A model generated the notes under the pieces. The model was not told the origin of the DNA. It was given only the letters and a program-made list of their open reading frames with translations, and ran no database searches. This document shows positions 1-12,600 of a stretch of 64,000 bases of DNA, piece after piece. The position numbers were made by a program, and so were the translations under genes. Each line of letters begins with the position of its first letter. Within the stretch, counting starts at the first letter, position 1. The DNA lies in NCBI GenBank assembly GCA_964106645.2, contig OZ067038.1. One strand, given 5' to 3'. The DNA comes from Podarcis pityusensis. Taxonomy: Eukaryota.

Positions 1-479
1 AAAGCGCGCCTAGACTTTCCATTGTTGCGCCCATAATCTAGGTTTAAGGTGCCATTTAGCGCCTAGTTTTTATATCTTTCTAACACTGCTTAGAACTATA
101 AATAAAAACTGCATGTTATTTTGATTAATGTTCATAATCCATACCAAACTGCTTTTTTAAATGCAGTGTGTGTTTGGGAAGGGGGGAATAATAATGTTTG
201 AGAATACTAGCAATTGAAATGGGGAAGAGTTAAATTGGGTACCTTTGCTTTGGTGTTTATTGAAATATTATGGTTCCTGCAAATAGCCTCAGCAGTTTCT
301 CCAAGTACAGTTTAAGCTTTTCTCTCTACCGTTGTGTAAAAATATGTGAGAGACGTTACCCTGATTAAATTGCTCTCATGTTACTAGCTCTCAATATATT
401 CCATTATTGAGGTGTTCATTATTGACTTCACTAATGAAATTGTGTTGACATTATAAAATTGTATTGTGTTTTCTCATAG

Positions 480-630
480 GAAGAAATCGGCTTCATCTTA
501 ACCTAATTCAGCCTGCTAATCTGCTAATACTGTAGATTTAAAGATTTTGCTGCTGCCTGGATACCCTGTAATGGGCAAGGAGCCACAAAGAATACATTTT
601 TTTTTTCTTTTTAAAATTTTCTGTTAACAG
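480..630 (+). other. PPP6R3: PPP6R3 non-coding 5'UTR exon (151 nt)
   Basis: Acceptor ttttctcatag (478-479) and strong donor CAG|gtaaga. The length equals the human 5'UTR exon 2 as I recall it. Confidence 0.75.
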
Positions 631-3125
631 GTAAGAAATACCACCTAGTATGCTTCTGCAGATGTTGCTTAATGTTTTGGTGTTTGCTTCTTCCCCTAAA
701 TATTTGCTAAACACAATGCTTTAGGCATTCTTCTAATAACTTTATTTCTTGCTCTTTGCTTTTCCCCCTTTTTTCTTTTGACGCCCTTAGCTACACATGC
801 AGTTTATCTCCATTACTAATGACTTAAATTCAATTTAGGATCAATATGGCATCAACACTGCAAGTTTTTTTGTGCATGTTTACAAAAATGGCACATAACC
901 TGATTTGTAAGTCCTGTTTTGGAACAGGAATTGAAGCCCTGGGTCGCTGGAAAATAATCCATGATCAAGTCATGTGCATGTTCACTATACTAAATCTGAT
1001 TGAATAGGATTGCCTGGGTTTAATTCCTTTATGTGAAAATGGTTTTGCCTTTAACTGAAGTTTGCTTCTTGACGCTTCCTCAACATTACTTAATGATAGT
1101 CTTTCTGTTGAGTTGGGAGGTGACTTATCAGTATCGTGTGATTTGTTTAGATTCTTAATTATTGTGACAGTGCTGCAAGATTGAGTTTCAATTGCCATTA
1201 CTTGAATATATGCCGCTTTTCTTGCCCCCATTAGAAGCCGGAAGTACCTCCCTAAAGGCTAAAGAAGTCAAGCACATAGTGACAAGTTTTTGAAAATTAT
1301 TATATGTTAAAATGGTGACATAGAGGAGAGTGTTCACATTTGCCATTACTGATGTTATTTGCTAATGTAACATTTGGAGAGAATACTGCTTAGATATTTT
1401 ACTTGTTACTTGTTTAACCATGCCTGTGTTTCTGAGCTAGGTTTAAATGTCCAGTTAGGCTACTTTGAGCAACTTTTCCCTGCTTCTTTGGACAGAGGAT
1501 GAGAAAGCTTCACACTGCCAAGTGTTAGTGGTTACTTGTATAAATTCTAAATGTTAGGTTCCTTCTTTGCAAGGAAATGATTTTGTATGAGCACTCCTGT
1601 GGCTTAATGTAAGGTGGTAAATGGCCTTCAGAATGCCAGCAGTACTTGTTAGCATGTTTGCTGCAGCACCTCTTTGAAGGGTGTTCACAACTGAAAGGCA
1701 CTATTTCCATTTGGTGCCTGCCTAACTCATAGCAGTGTGGGCACCTGAAGCTAGGATTTTGATCTCCTAAAATGGGTAGTCTTTACAAGAGGAGGTGGTC
1801 TTTGGGGCACTTTTTGGAGGTCACAAGACACTGCAGCTTAATCTGAATGCAACTAAAATATGGATAATGGAATAAGACCTACTTCCTCAGGAAGCTGGGG
1901 CACCAACCAAATTTGGTGAAAGGTGCTTCAAGCTACAAAGGCTACTTGAACGTCTGAAGACCAATGCTGGATCCAAAACCATGTGTGACCTGTCCGAAAA
2001 CAGGTGAACACAGTTCTGTAGTATGGTAAATGCCTCACCAACAATGTGTCATAAAGGGATTAAGCTTGCATTTTTTCCCTCAGCCAGGCAGTGACTGATT
2101 CCAGACACTCTTGTCTGTCTTAAGATGTGTACTATATTTCTGCATGCAGGTCTCTGCTTAGCACAAATTTGAAAGCTGGCAATGTAATTCAACCATACAC
2201 TACCAAAAGGTGAGCTTATAAAGAAAGCAGAAGCAACCTGAAACAAATAGTGACTCTTAACCCGTTGCATGTCACAGGAAATCTTGGCTTTCTTATCAAA
2301 TTGTTTCCTGACATTGCTGACACTTCACTAGTCTCCTGGTGCAAGTGGGATCAATTAACCACAATTCCTGGCTTAGTATTGTGTCCAAACTGGGGGCTGT
2401 GGTTTATTCTGCTCAACTAGCATCAAGAAGCTGAGGACAAATGTTGATTTCATATTGTGACAACTGTAATCTGAAAATGGAGCATTTAACTTCATATTTT
2501 CCTTCAAAAGTATATGCCTTCAAAAGTTGGTAACTTATTAAACATTAACATTGAATTGTTCTAAGTTCTGCTAAACTAACTTCCTCTCTCATGCACATGC
2601 GAAAGGGAAGAGAGGTGGGGGTGCATTATGGTATATGTTAATTCTGTTTATACGACTAAGTAGCCAGATTTTAAATACTGAAATGGATTCCAACTTCTCT
2701 GTGTTAATTCATTGGAAAGTAGATGCAAAAGTATCTTAGTTACATGAGAGGATCTAACAATATTGAAGGCAAGGGAAAAAGTTATTCAACAATGTCCTCA
2801 AGGTTGGGGTGGGCACACTTTAGCCCTGTGGAATTTACCCCCCCCCCCCAAGAACTGAGGCCCATGAACCACAGACAGGTATGAAACAGTTGCTGGTGGG
2901 ATGGATGGCAACATACTCTTAGAACTAAGAAGCATGAGTGCCTATGAGCACATGCTCATCCCAGGAATTTATTTTTAGTATCAGAACTGAGCTCTTTGGG
3001 GTGGTTAGCTAGTAGGTCAGGATCTATTGATAGATCACTGAGTGATTTTTCAGTAGATCAACAAGGCATATGTGGCCTAATTGTTTAACAACTCTTACCT
3101 CCCAACTAGACAGTGAAATCCTTCC

Positions 3126-3224
3126 TTCATTGTTCAAATTAACCTCTAGATATGTTAAGAAAGTTGACCAACCTAGCATGGTACAACTTTCTTAAGATAC
3201 CTAGAGGTTAATTTGAACAATGAA
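3126..3224. repeat. Long inverted repeat / hairpin
   Basis: ~46-bp arms with 2 mismatches and 1 indel around an 8-nt loop. Confidence 0.9.
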
Positions 3225-5699
3225 CATCATACCAACTTGTGCTAGTTATTTGGGAGTGTGTGTGTGTGTTTACTGTAGAAGCTGCCATTCTTGGGATTTT
3301 CCTTGTTAGCTACTGAGTTGAATGACAATTGCGGGGAGAGCTCAGATATTCTCACAATGTAGCCTCCAAGTCAAATGCCCATTGACACTGGTTGATAGGA
3401 GGAGTTTGGCTAACTGGTAACGATGGTGGATACCACCCAGTGGCAGACATTCTTTGACTAAAAGGGCTTCTCTTTCTTAGGTGAATCGTATACTTTATTC
3501 CTTGATTCTTTGAATAAAAGTTACTGTGTTGGTGAATATGATTGTGATACCTGGTCTGTGGGCTACCTTCTATTTGTATTAAGACAGGAGGATTACAATA
3601 AAAAACAAAAGTTCATTCTATGTGCAGGCGTGGTCGAGGCAAGGAGGGCTGTTTTTGAAGGAAAGAAGGTGGCAGTTAGCTATCAGTTCAGAAGGTTCGC
3701 TGAAGAGCTGAGTGAGAAGACTCCAAAGTAGTAAAGGTACCCTATCAAAGATATTGGTTAGATAAGGAATCATTTTTGGAAAGCTTTTCATAAGATGATG
3801 ATGAGAGGGTACAGTAATCCTAGAGGAGATAGTACATATCGCCAGAATACGAAGGGAAGTAGCAGCTCCTCAGTTCATGTAATGTGTGCTCCCAAAAGTT
3901 GCTCTATGGAACAAGATACATGGTTCTAGGTCATGAGCAGAAGTAAATACAGTACACTTGGAAGCCATGCCTCCTTGTTTGTTCACATAGTATCTGGTTG
4001 AATGTACAAGTAGCAATGAATAGTCTTTCCTTGCAGACTCGCAGCCAGTCCTATTAAATTGAGGTGGGCAGTCTATTCTAGTGCAAACCAGACTCCATTG
4101 ATGGAAATTATTTGGCTCAAACTGTATTCTATTGAGTAGGTTGGGCTTTATTGCCCACCATTGTAAAGACTAAAGTTAGAAATAGTGAGTAATTTGTTTG
4201 ATCCTGATGAGATTGGAACTGCAAGAGGGATCAGTTGTGGCAACTTTTTCCATATCTGAGTAACAGCAAAGGAAGAAGATATTATTGGACTGAGATGACA
4301 CTCAAAAGTGTCTTGCCAGGCTTGTTAAAAATATGCAATGATATGATCATAGTTGTATATGGGAAGAACAAAGCTCAGCATCTGTTTTGATCCTTTTAAA
4401 AAAACACTCCATTAATTTTGCACATAGTTTAGAGAACAATAGCATGCAATAGGGGAGAAATTGTGAAACACATTTTGATGGGCAGTAGATATAAATAATA
4501 TAGATAACTGGTGTACCCTATATGTCATAGAAGGAGTACAGACATAGGAAATGAACTAAAAGGAAAGAAAAATGGCAGTGCATTAAAAAATCCATATAAC
4601 TCTACAAAAAAATCACACCATTTTCATACATTGCATATATCTGCCAAGGCTGTTGCCAAGGAATGTGGCAGCTGTGCCCTGTTAGTATACTCAGTAAGAT
4701 TTTTCCAAACTGCCCAGAGGTTTGATTTTGATTTGATTTAATATTTGTATTCCACTTTTCCAACAACAAATGTTGAGCTCAAAACGGCTCACAATAGCAT
4801 TAAAAAAAAGTTGCAATTATTATAATATCAAACACAGTAGCTTATAGATGAAGCAAACAACAGCAACAGATTCAACAAAAGAATTAATACAATTCAATAA
4901 AGTCATAATAACTGATAGTGTTGCCAGGATACTTCCTAATTGCATGGAACCTTACTCCAGAACTGCCCTGTTGATTTTCAAATTCATTGTTTTGCAACAT
5001 AGCAATGGATGGAAACCTTGTTCCCTATACATGAACTATAGAATCCTACATGGAACTATACACTTACAAAACCATTTGAGGTAGGTAAGCAGGGTTGTTG
5101 AGTTAGTTGTGAATCTGATTATCAGTTTCTGATATGATGGGAGGAGAAGATTATCCAGACCCATTTTAATATGGCTTTGGGCCATACAAGAGAGAGGCGT
5201 TGGAGGACTGCTGCTCAACTCCTTGGCACTTATGCTGTAGCGTACTGCTGGGTTTCATCTTGTTCCCCATGCTTTTTAACAGCAATATCAAGCCACTGGG
5301 GAATTTAGACCATGAGGTCACCAGTATGTCATTTCAGTGAGTTGGAGCACAAAGCCACCAGTATGTAGATGACAACCATCTTCTGGCCTCTCTCCAAATC
5401 GTCTGAATCAGGTGAGGCTCTGCAAGTGCTGAACCTTTGAATAACTTCTGCCCTTCCACAATGTTTTGGGAAACCAGCGCTATGTAATCATCTTCCAAGA
5501 AGCCTGGCTTGCACATGGATCTAATTGTAAGATCCCCATGGTGGGTGCCCTGCAGCAAAAGAGTAGGAGAGCAAAAGAATAAGACTCTAAACTGGATACA
5601 CTGTGTGGAATGAAGATAAGATTTATTCATGTTGACGCAGAGCTCCAATGAGGCTTGGTAGTCAAGCATATAATTAGTGACCCCTTCCTTCAATGGGAT

Positions 5700-5945
5700 G
5701 TGTTGACCACCAGCTTCAATTGCTTTTGAAAGGGATTAGATGAGGCTATAAATGGCTGCTAGTTATGATAGGATCACAGGGAGTATGCCTCCAAATACTT
5801 GTCACTGAGGTGCAACAGTGGGAGAGAGCTATTTCCCTCCTGTCCTGTTTATGGTCTTCTCATAGGCACAAGGTTAGCTAGTGTGGGAGATGGGAGAGTG
5901 GCCCACATGAGTATTTGGTCTGATCCAACAGATCTCTTAGGTTTA
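5700..5945 (+). mobile_element. Old CR1 LINE 3' end
   Basis: gaaagggattaga...atggctgctag...ggtctgatcca, as in the other CR1 copies. Confidence 0.5.
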
Positions 5946-6935
5946 GTATTGATCAGTTATTCCTGAATTGGAGCACTGCATGTTGCAGTTGATAGCATCA
6001 GTTTGGGATGGAAAATTCACCAAGTGTCTAATCACTGTTTTAGCTAACTCCATGGGTGGGGATCGTGAATTATGCACAGTGGTTCTCAGTTCACAACAAA
6101 GTTGAACCCAAAGCAGCTCACAGTAATACCTTCAAAAGTAACATTTCCAACATAACCATTCAGTACTTGATGTAGTTTGACCAGATACATACAGTAATTT
6201 GAAATAGTTTCTCACAATTGGTAGTTGAATACTAATACAGAGCCAGCTCACATAATCCATCTGGGAAGGGGCCTTCTTCCTTTCTTTTCACTGCCACAAA
6301 GAAAGGAGGTAGAAGTTATCTGCCACAATAGTGCTACAGCTACACCCAATTTTTACTCACCAAGCTGTAAAGTCCAAAGTTCTCAGGTCCAGTACAGTTT
6401 CAATGTATTGCCATGTGCATAAGGTTGAAGGTTGAATAGGGGTATGCCTGGTCCTAATAAGACATACAGTCCTGAACAAGGAATTGACTACTCCATAGCT
6501 GAATGCAGTGTGGAGTCTATGAAACATGTTTATGCATTTGTCACCATGAGAATCAGAAAAGTGCCACTAGATTCATTTGTGTCAGTAGTAAACACCATGA
6601 CATTTATTTGAATGTTGGCACATTTGTAAACCTAGTAAAGTCTTAATGCTGTGGGTTTATTAAAGACAAGTTCTCTTATTTTAAGGGTTCCTCTGATTTG
6701 CCCTTTGATCCATTTTGTGGTGTTTTTCCTTATTCCAAGGGTCCTGGCCTCCTGTTGAAAAGTGATGGAATAATCTGGTCAGCATCTGCCATATTGAGAA
6801 ACCAGCCCCTAATACGGCTTGCCTGGGAGAACGTTTGTGAAATAACGCAGTAACATGTTTGCAGTAGTATGCTTTTCTTTTTTGTTGCTACTTACTGTTA
6901 GTCTTTCCTGAATCAATTCATTGAAAATCAATGAA

Positions 6936-6978
6936 ATGTATGTATGTATGTATGTATGTATGAATGAATGAATGAATG
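6936..6978. repeat. Compound microsatellite (ATGT)n(ATGA)n
   Basis: Direct reading. Confidence 0.9.
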
Positions 6979-9402
6979 TAGCTAGGGAAATATTTTCATG
7001 CAGCATGATCTATGCATACATTATTGGAAGTAAGCACCACTGTGTTCAGTGGGACTTAATTTCAAGTAAGTATGTGTAGGTTTGTAAATTTAGTGCCCAG
7101 GAATTATTCTGGAACTCTATGTCAGAAGTACTATTGTTCACAGATTCGGGTTGCTTTGATTGGGGTTAAAGTCTGGAAAACTGATTTTATTTTTAATAGA
7201 TGTAGAATGAACCTTGCTTTTTGGATTGAAAGTTACCCTGTATTTGTCAACAAGAAATGGTTGCGGTAGCCTGACAAATAAGCCAATGTTTGACTTCAGT
7301 TTGTGTGTAAATTATAATGTGTATGAAATTTGAGCAACTTCTGTAAGTGCACTAATACCTTAATTGGTTGGCTAGCTTTGGGCCATTTCTACCTTCTAAT
7401 ATTTACACATGATGTCATAGCATGGAATTCAATATTATACAATTATAAAAGTTCTTTCGGCACAAACATTGCTGCTTGTCAGATGGAATGACACCCCCCT
7501 CTCTGTGCCAATTTTGGTGGGCACAGGGGGAGGTGGTGGGGGAAAGTCCATTTGCACAAGCAGAACTCCTTGTACAGAACTTTCACTGATGTGGTGCACT
7601 GGGTGAATCCTCCTGTTAGATTTAAATAACTAAATAATTTTTTGTTTTGTTTAGTTTATATCCCACCCTTCCTCCCAAATGAGGGCAGGGTGGCATGATG
7701 TATATCAGTAGACAATACTTCACAACCAAGAGTGTTGGAAACAGACATAAATCAGATTGTCCTCCTGATCCCCTTATACCCAATGAATATAACAAACCAA
7801 AATTGCTGGCTGTCTCCTCAATCCTTACCATATGCATTTGGAAGCAAGCATTGTTGGTTTCAGTGGAACTTGCCTCAGTGAAGTGCTTAGAGAGCTACGG
7901 CCTATTTTAAAGGCAAGTGCCTACAATTTTTGGCTCAACTTGGATCTTTCTCCACAATGGAAAAATGTGATTCTCTATACCTTCACCACTAGCTATTTAT
8001 GGAGAGCATCACACATGCACCTTTATGAGTGCTGACCTGTGCTGAATTCATGACAGTATTATGCTGGCTGTATATGCCACTCTGGTTCTCTCTGGTGTTG
8101 CCTTAAAATGAGAGAACCAAAGCTACCATCATAATGCAGTGCAACATGGTAGAATGAGCACGTATCATTTTCCATAGAAAGTGTTCTGCATGCATGTTTT
8201 CCAGTAGGCAGTTGCTACTTAACTGGCAAATGGCAAATTATAAGGTTATAGATGTGTTTGAAAAACATTTGTGGGTTACTGGGTACTTTATCTAACTCTA
8301 TTCCTGTTTTTCCTCCTTAATGTGATTTGCTAATGCAACTGATGTCTATTTGCTATAGCAGTGAGAATTATGTATAATAGTCCTATGCATGTATACCAAC
8401 TTCTGTTTACTGTTGGTGGGCACAGTTGAAGTTTGAGGAGAATAAACCATTCTCAAAAAGGATTTTATGGTAACTAATTGGGGCTGGGTTTGTAACATTT
8501 TATTATGAAGTGGAAAAAGGGTTCTGGCTCATGCCCTCATTTCTTTAATTTTTAATAACGTTTGTGCAGCATTGACTTGTTAAGGAATTAAGCTGAGTTT
8601 CTGAAATACATGTGCATCAACACATTTTTTAAAAAACAGCCTTGTCTTAATTTGCATCAATGCAGTGCCAAGAAAAATCACTTAAGCCTTGAGTCAGTGT
8701 GAGGCCGAAGGTATGTTTGTAGTGTTGATACTTTGCTTGTTGGCCTTTTTGTTAATTTCATGAGCTCTTGCCAGTCATGGGCTAGGTGAAGGAAAGCCAG
8801 ATCTTTTGGTGCAAACTAATAAAGGGCTTAATTCTATTCTTGGCAATAGTATCCATAGAGATAAAAGATAATAGTACACACAGGCACCTTGGTGAGATAA
8901 ACATGGATCCACAGTCGTGTGAGCTAAAATCCTCTCATTTTTCCTGATTTAACTCTCAACTAGCATTTTAACAATCTCTTGAATCAGCTGCTTCTTGGAA
9001 ACTGACTTAGAGTGCCATCAGTTTGCTGTTAGATAAAAAGACAAGAAGATACTGGAAAATTCTAAGCTGGGTTAACATTTTTCTTACTGTTGTTGCATTA
9101 ACATGTCAAATCTTGTATGTCAAAATTTTACAATTCTTGAACTAGCTAACAACTTTATTGAAATTTAAGACATTGGCTTATCATTCAAGGCACTTTGATA
9201 AAATACTCCTTCATCTTCCATGAAGTCCAATTTTTAACGCTGTTCATCTTTTCCCTGCTTTCTGTTTTTGCTTCTGCAGTTTTGTGTGCAAACTGAGAAC
9301 AAGGGAAACAGGAGAACGGCTTCCCTAAAGACTGTTAGAGACCTGCTACTATCTGTCCCTTTAATTAAGGCTGTGTGTGCTTTTCCTTTTCTCTAGACCA
9401 GC

Positions 9403-9629
9403 ATGTTTTGGAAATTTGATCTTCACTCATCATCCCACATAGACACACTTCTAGAGAGAGAAGATGTAACACTGAAGGAGCTGATGGATGAAGATGATGT
9501 TTTACAAGAGTGCAAAGCTCAAAACCGCAAACTTATAGAGTTTCTTTTGAAATCGGAATGTCTGGAAGATCTGGTATCATTCATTATAGAAGAGCCACCT
9601 CAAGACATGGATGAAAAAATCAGATACAA
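9403..9629 (+). CDS. PPP6R3: PPP6R3 coding exon 1 (exon starts 9397; MFWKF...KIRYK)
   Basis: ttctctag|ACCAGC ATG; donor AA|gtagga. Confidence 0.97.
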
Positions 9630-12600
9630 GTAGGAAATGAGTTTTGATCTAGGAGCTTGAAGTTGAGGGAAGACAAAAGCTCACTAGCAGAATAGCAGAC
9701 TGTAGTTTCATAAGACTGTTGCACCTATAGTTTAAGGGTGGTAACATGTCCCTCTTTATGGTATGTTTTTTTAATAGACCTTTTAAAAAAACCTCATTGG
9801 GTTATATCTCCACTCTGTTCACAGGGAAACTACGTGCTGCAAGTGATCTCCCCACTGCTGTCTTGTGCTTCCAACCAAAAGTACACCCCCTAATAGTCTT
9901 AGCTAATTTAACACCCTCCAGGTATTTTGGACTACAACTCCAACCTATGCCCACACAGCTGTGCTGTCTGGGGCTATGGAGCTGTAGTCCAGAAGCTCTG
10001 GCAGACACTAGGGGGCCAAAGCTACTCTAAGGGTTGGGCGCTTTCAGGAAAGGTTTTTGATGGTGTTGGGGAAACTCAAGTGGGAGAGGGGAGCGTGGAG
10101 GTTGCGGTGGAGATTTAAGTGGAGGCAGCTTGCATGAGCAAATCAGTGGATGCAAGAGACTAATGGAGGTAGAGGATTTTTCTTGTGCGAACACTGGCGT
10201 TACGTACAGCCCATTGGTCTGGTGCCTGCATAAAGAAGGCTGACTCATATTCTGGATTAAATTGTAATATCTAAGAAAACCCCTCCCCACACCAAATTTA
10301 GTCATTAATGTAGGTCCTGCTTTGTGTTCTTCTCCATGTGGGTTGAGACTGTTACTGCTGGAAGTAGGGCCTTTTATTCAGTTTTTCAAGGTGTGTAGAG
10401 CAGTCCCCCCCCCCCCAGTATATTAATCCATCTTTTGCTGGCTTTTAGGAGAGTTTGAAATGCATATTTTTCTTACTTTGGCCATTGTTTCTGACTAATA
10501 ATGTTTTGGATTGTGATCCTCCTTAAGCCTTTGAAAGGTGCATATGTGTGTTTGCGTGTATTAGTGTTTTAAGCATTATACTGTACTTAATCAGACTGGA
10601 TTTCTACCCAGAGCCAGCCTCATTGAAATAATGTTGTCAGATACAAAACCTGTCAAACTCGAATGGTTGGTAAAGGTTGCTTGTGCTCCTATCGCTATTT
10701 AAAAGTTCATAGGTTGCAAAATAGCAGGAATTTCTCTCTTTTTACTTATGCGTACTTGTAGGTTATTAAAACTTTTTAAAAATAATAATATAAAACTTGC
10801 TTTCAGTAGTGGCTGGTGCCCATGTGCACTGGTGGGGCGAAGGACAGGTTAGCCAACAGCCATGGGTGGAGCTGATTGGATGTGGAGGCAGCCAATTGTG
10901 GTTCTCTCCTCAGTTTTCTCTCTTGAAAAGACACTAAGGACATTTAAACAACTTCTTCATTGTTCCTGTCAGATCTCTAGACCAGTACTGTCTACTTTGT
11001 CTGGCATTGTGGGAGGGGCATTATTGGTTTATTATTATTATTTATTTTTTATTCTCGTTTTGCATTTTTGTGTTGTGAATTGTCCTGTGATCTTAACAAT
11101 GCACAGGTATGACTAGCTGGTGGGCAGTAGGCTGGTTCCACCTCCCCTGTAAATTTTATCTGATCCTTAACTTGGAAGCCTGTCAATATTTGTTGTTTTT
11201 TGCATGGTGCAGTGCCGTAGCTACAAGGGGGCTAGCTTGGGTTTTTTTGCCCTGGGTGAAACCTCCAGAGGGGCACCACTAAGGCTCTCAGCCTGTGTGT
11301 GAGTATACGTGAATGCGTATGGTGTGTGTGTGTGTGTGTGTGTGTCAAACTGGGTCTGTGCTACTACATTTCCCACACATTATTTAAAGATTTTATTTCA
11401 TTTGCTCAGGAGTTGGTGAACCATGGAGGAATTATTCACCCCATTGCTAAGCAAAGTTGCCACCAACTGTGAAGCCAGAGAATGCAAAATGAATATATTT
11501 TAATCAATATTTGTAGCCACAACACTTTCATTCCCTTCTCCATGGCATGCAAGCAAGCAAACACACACATACTCCACTTGAGATACATACCTTGGGGCAA
11601 AGTGGGGATAGATGTTGCATCTCTTTCACATCTTCCTCATTCTCCTCTCTTTGGCTGTGCACAATCAAACACTATGATTAATAACAGAAAGCTAAAGGCA
11701 AGGGTGCTGACCCTCCCCACACTCATTTAGGCTCTCTCTCTCTCTCCGTTGTCTGCTCAAAAAATACATTGAATAAAGCAGGGCTTCTGGCTCTGCATAA
11801 TCTCTGCTTCTCCTCTGATCGTGTACTTTCCAAGAGCGAGCAGTTCTAGTGACTGAAGCTTGCAAGCGGCCCAATGTAAGATGCTGCAGCTGGATTGATT
11901 GGGAGCATTGATCTGGTTCACTCTGTTTTTATGCTGTGTGTTCTGAAGAACTCCTTATTGACTACATTTCATGTTACCAATCAGAGAAAGTAGCCTAAAT
12001 ACAGGAGTGTTGGGCTCCAGTGCTTTACCTTACCAACTCTTAAAGACTCCTTCAAGGGAAGCAATGGAATAGCTTCAGAGCACCCCACTTCCCCCAAATT
12101 GGGCTAGGACCTGGCAGCACACGGTGATTATCAATTGAATGCATGTTTGGGCAGGTGATTGGCAAGCAGAGAACAAGTGTCTCTGAAGACCAGACCATTC
12201 TAATAGCAATCTTAATAAGTCACTGCTGCCACCAAGGCCCTGAGGAGTGATGGATTTACCACTGCATCCACAGTCCTTCCATTCATCATGGCAACAGCAT
12301 AAGGTAGAGTTGGCAGACAAATTGGGCTCAATTCATACAGCAGCTTCAGGCTGGTGTAGTGATCAGGCCTGGGTAAGGTCTTCTGTCAGGTGGCCCCGGC
12401 TGTCAGAGCAGCTTGGTGGTGGACCTAATAGATGATTATATGTTTTGTTGATAGAGAGGGAGTAACCCCTGGATGTTTGCTGGCCTGCCTCCACAAACTG
12501 AGGGGTATCTCTGATTTTCTTTGCACTTTGTGTATTCAAACTGCATATAATGGTACGCTCAGCATTGCTAGATAAAGCACTTGTTATTGGTGTGTAAGGC

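Noticed and set aside
1-70. Slightly CpG-enriched start as the PPP6R3 promoter
   Set aside because: Too short and AT-flanked for a CpG island; the first exon and promoter probably lie upstream of the window.
8570-8710. Possible extra 5'UTR exon (tgtgcag...AAG|gtatgt)
   Set aside because: Splice-like motifs only, which are expected by chance in an 8.8-kb intron.
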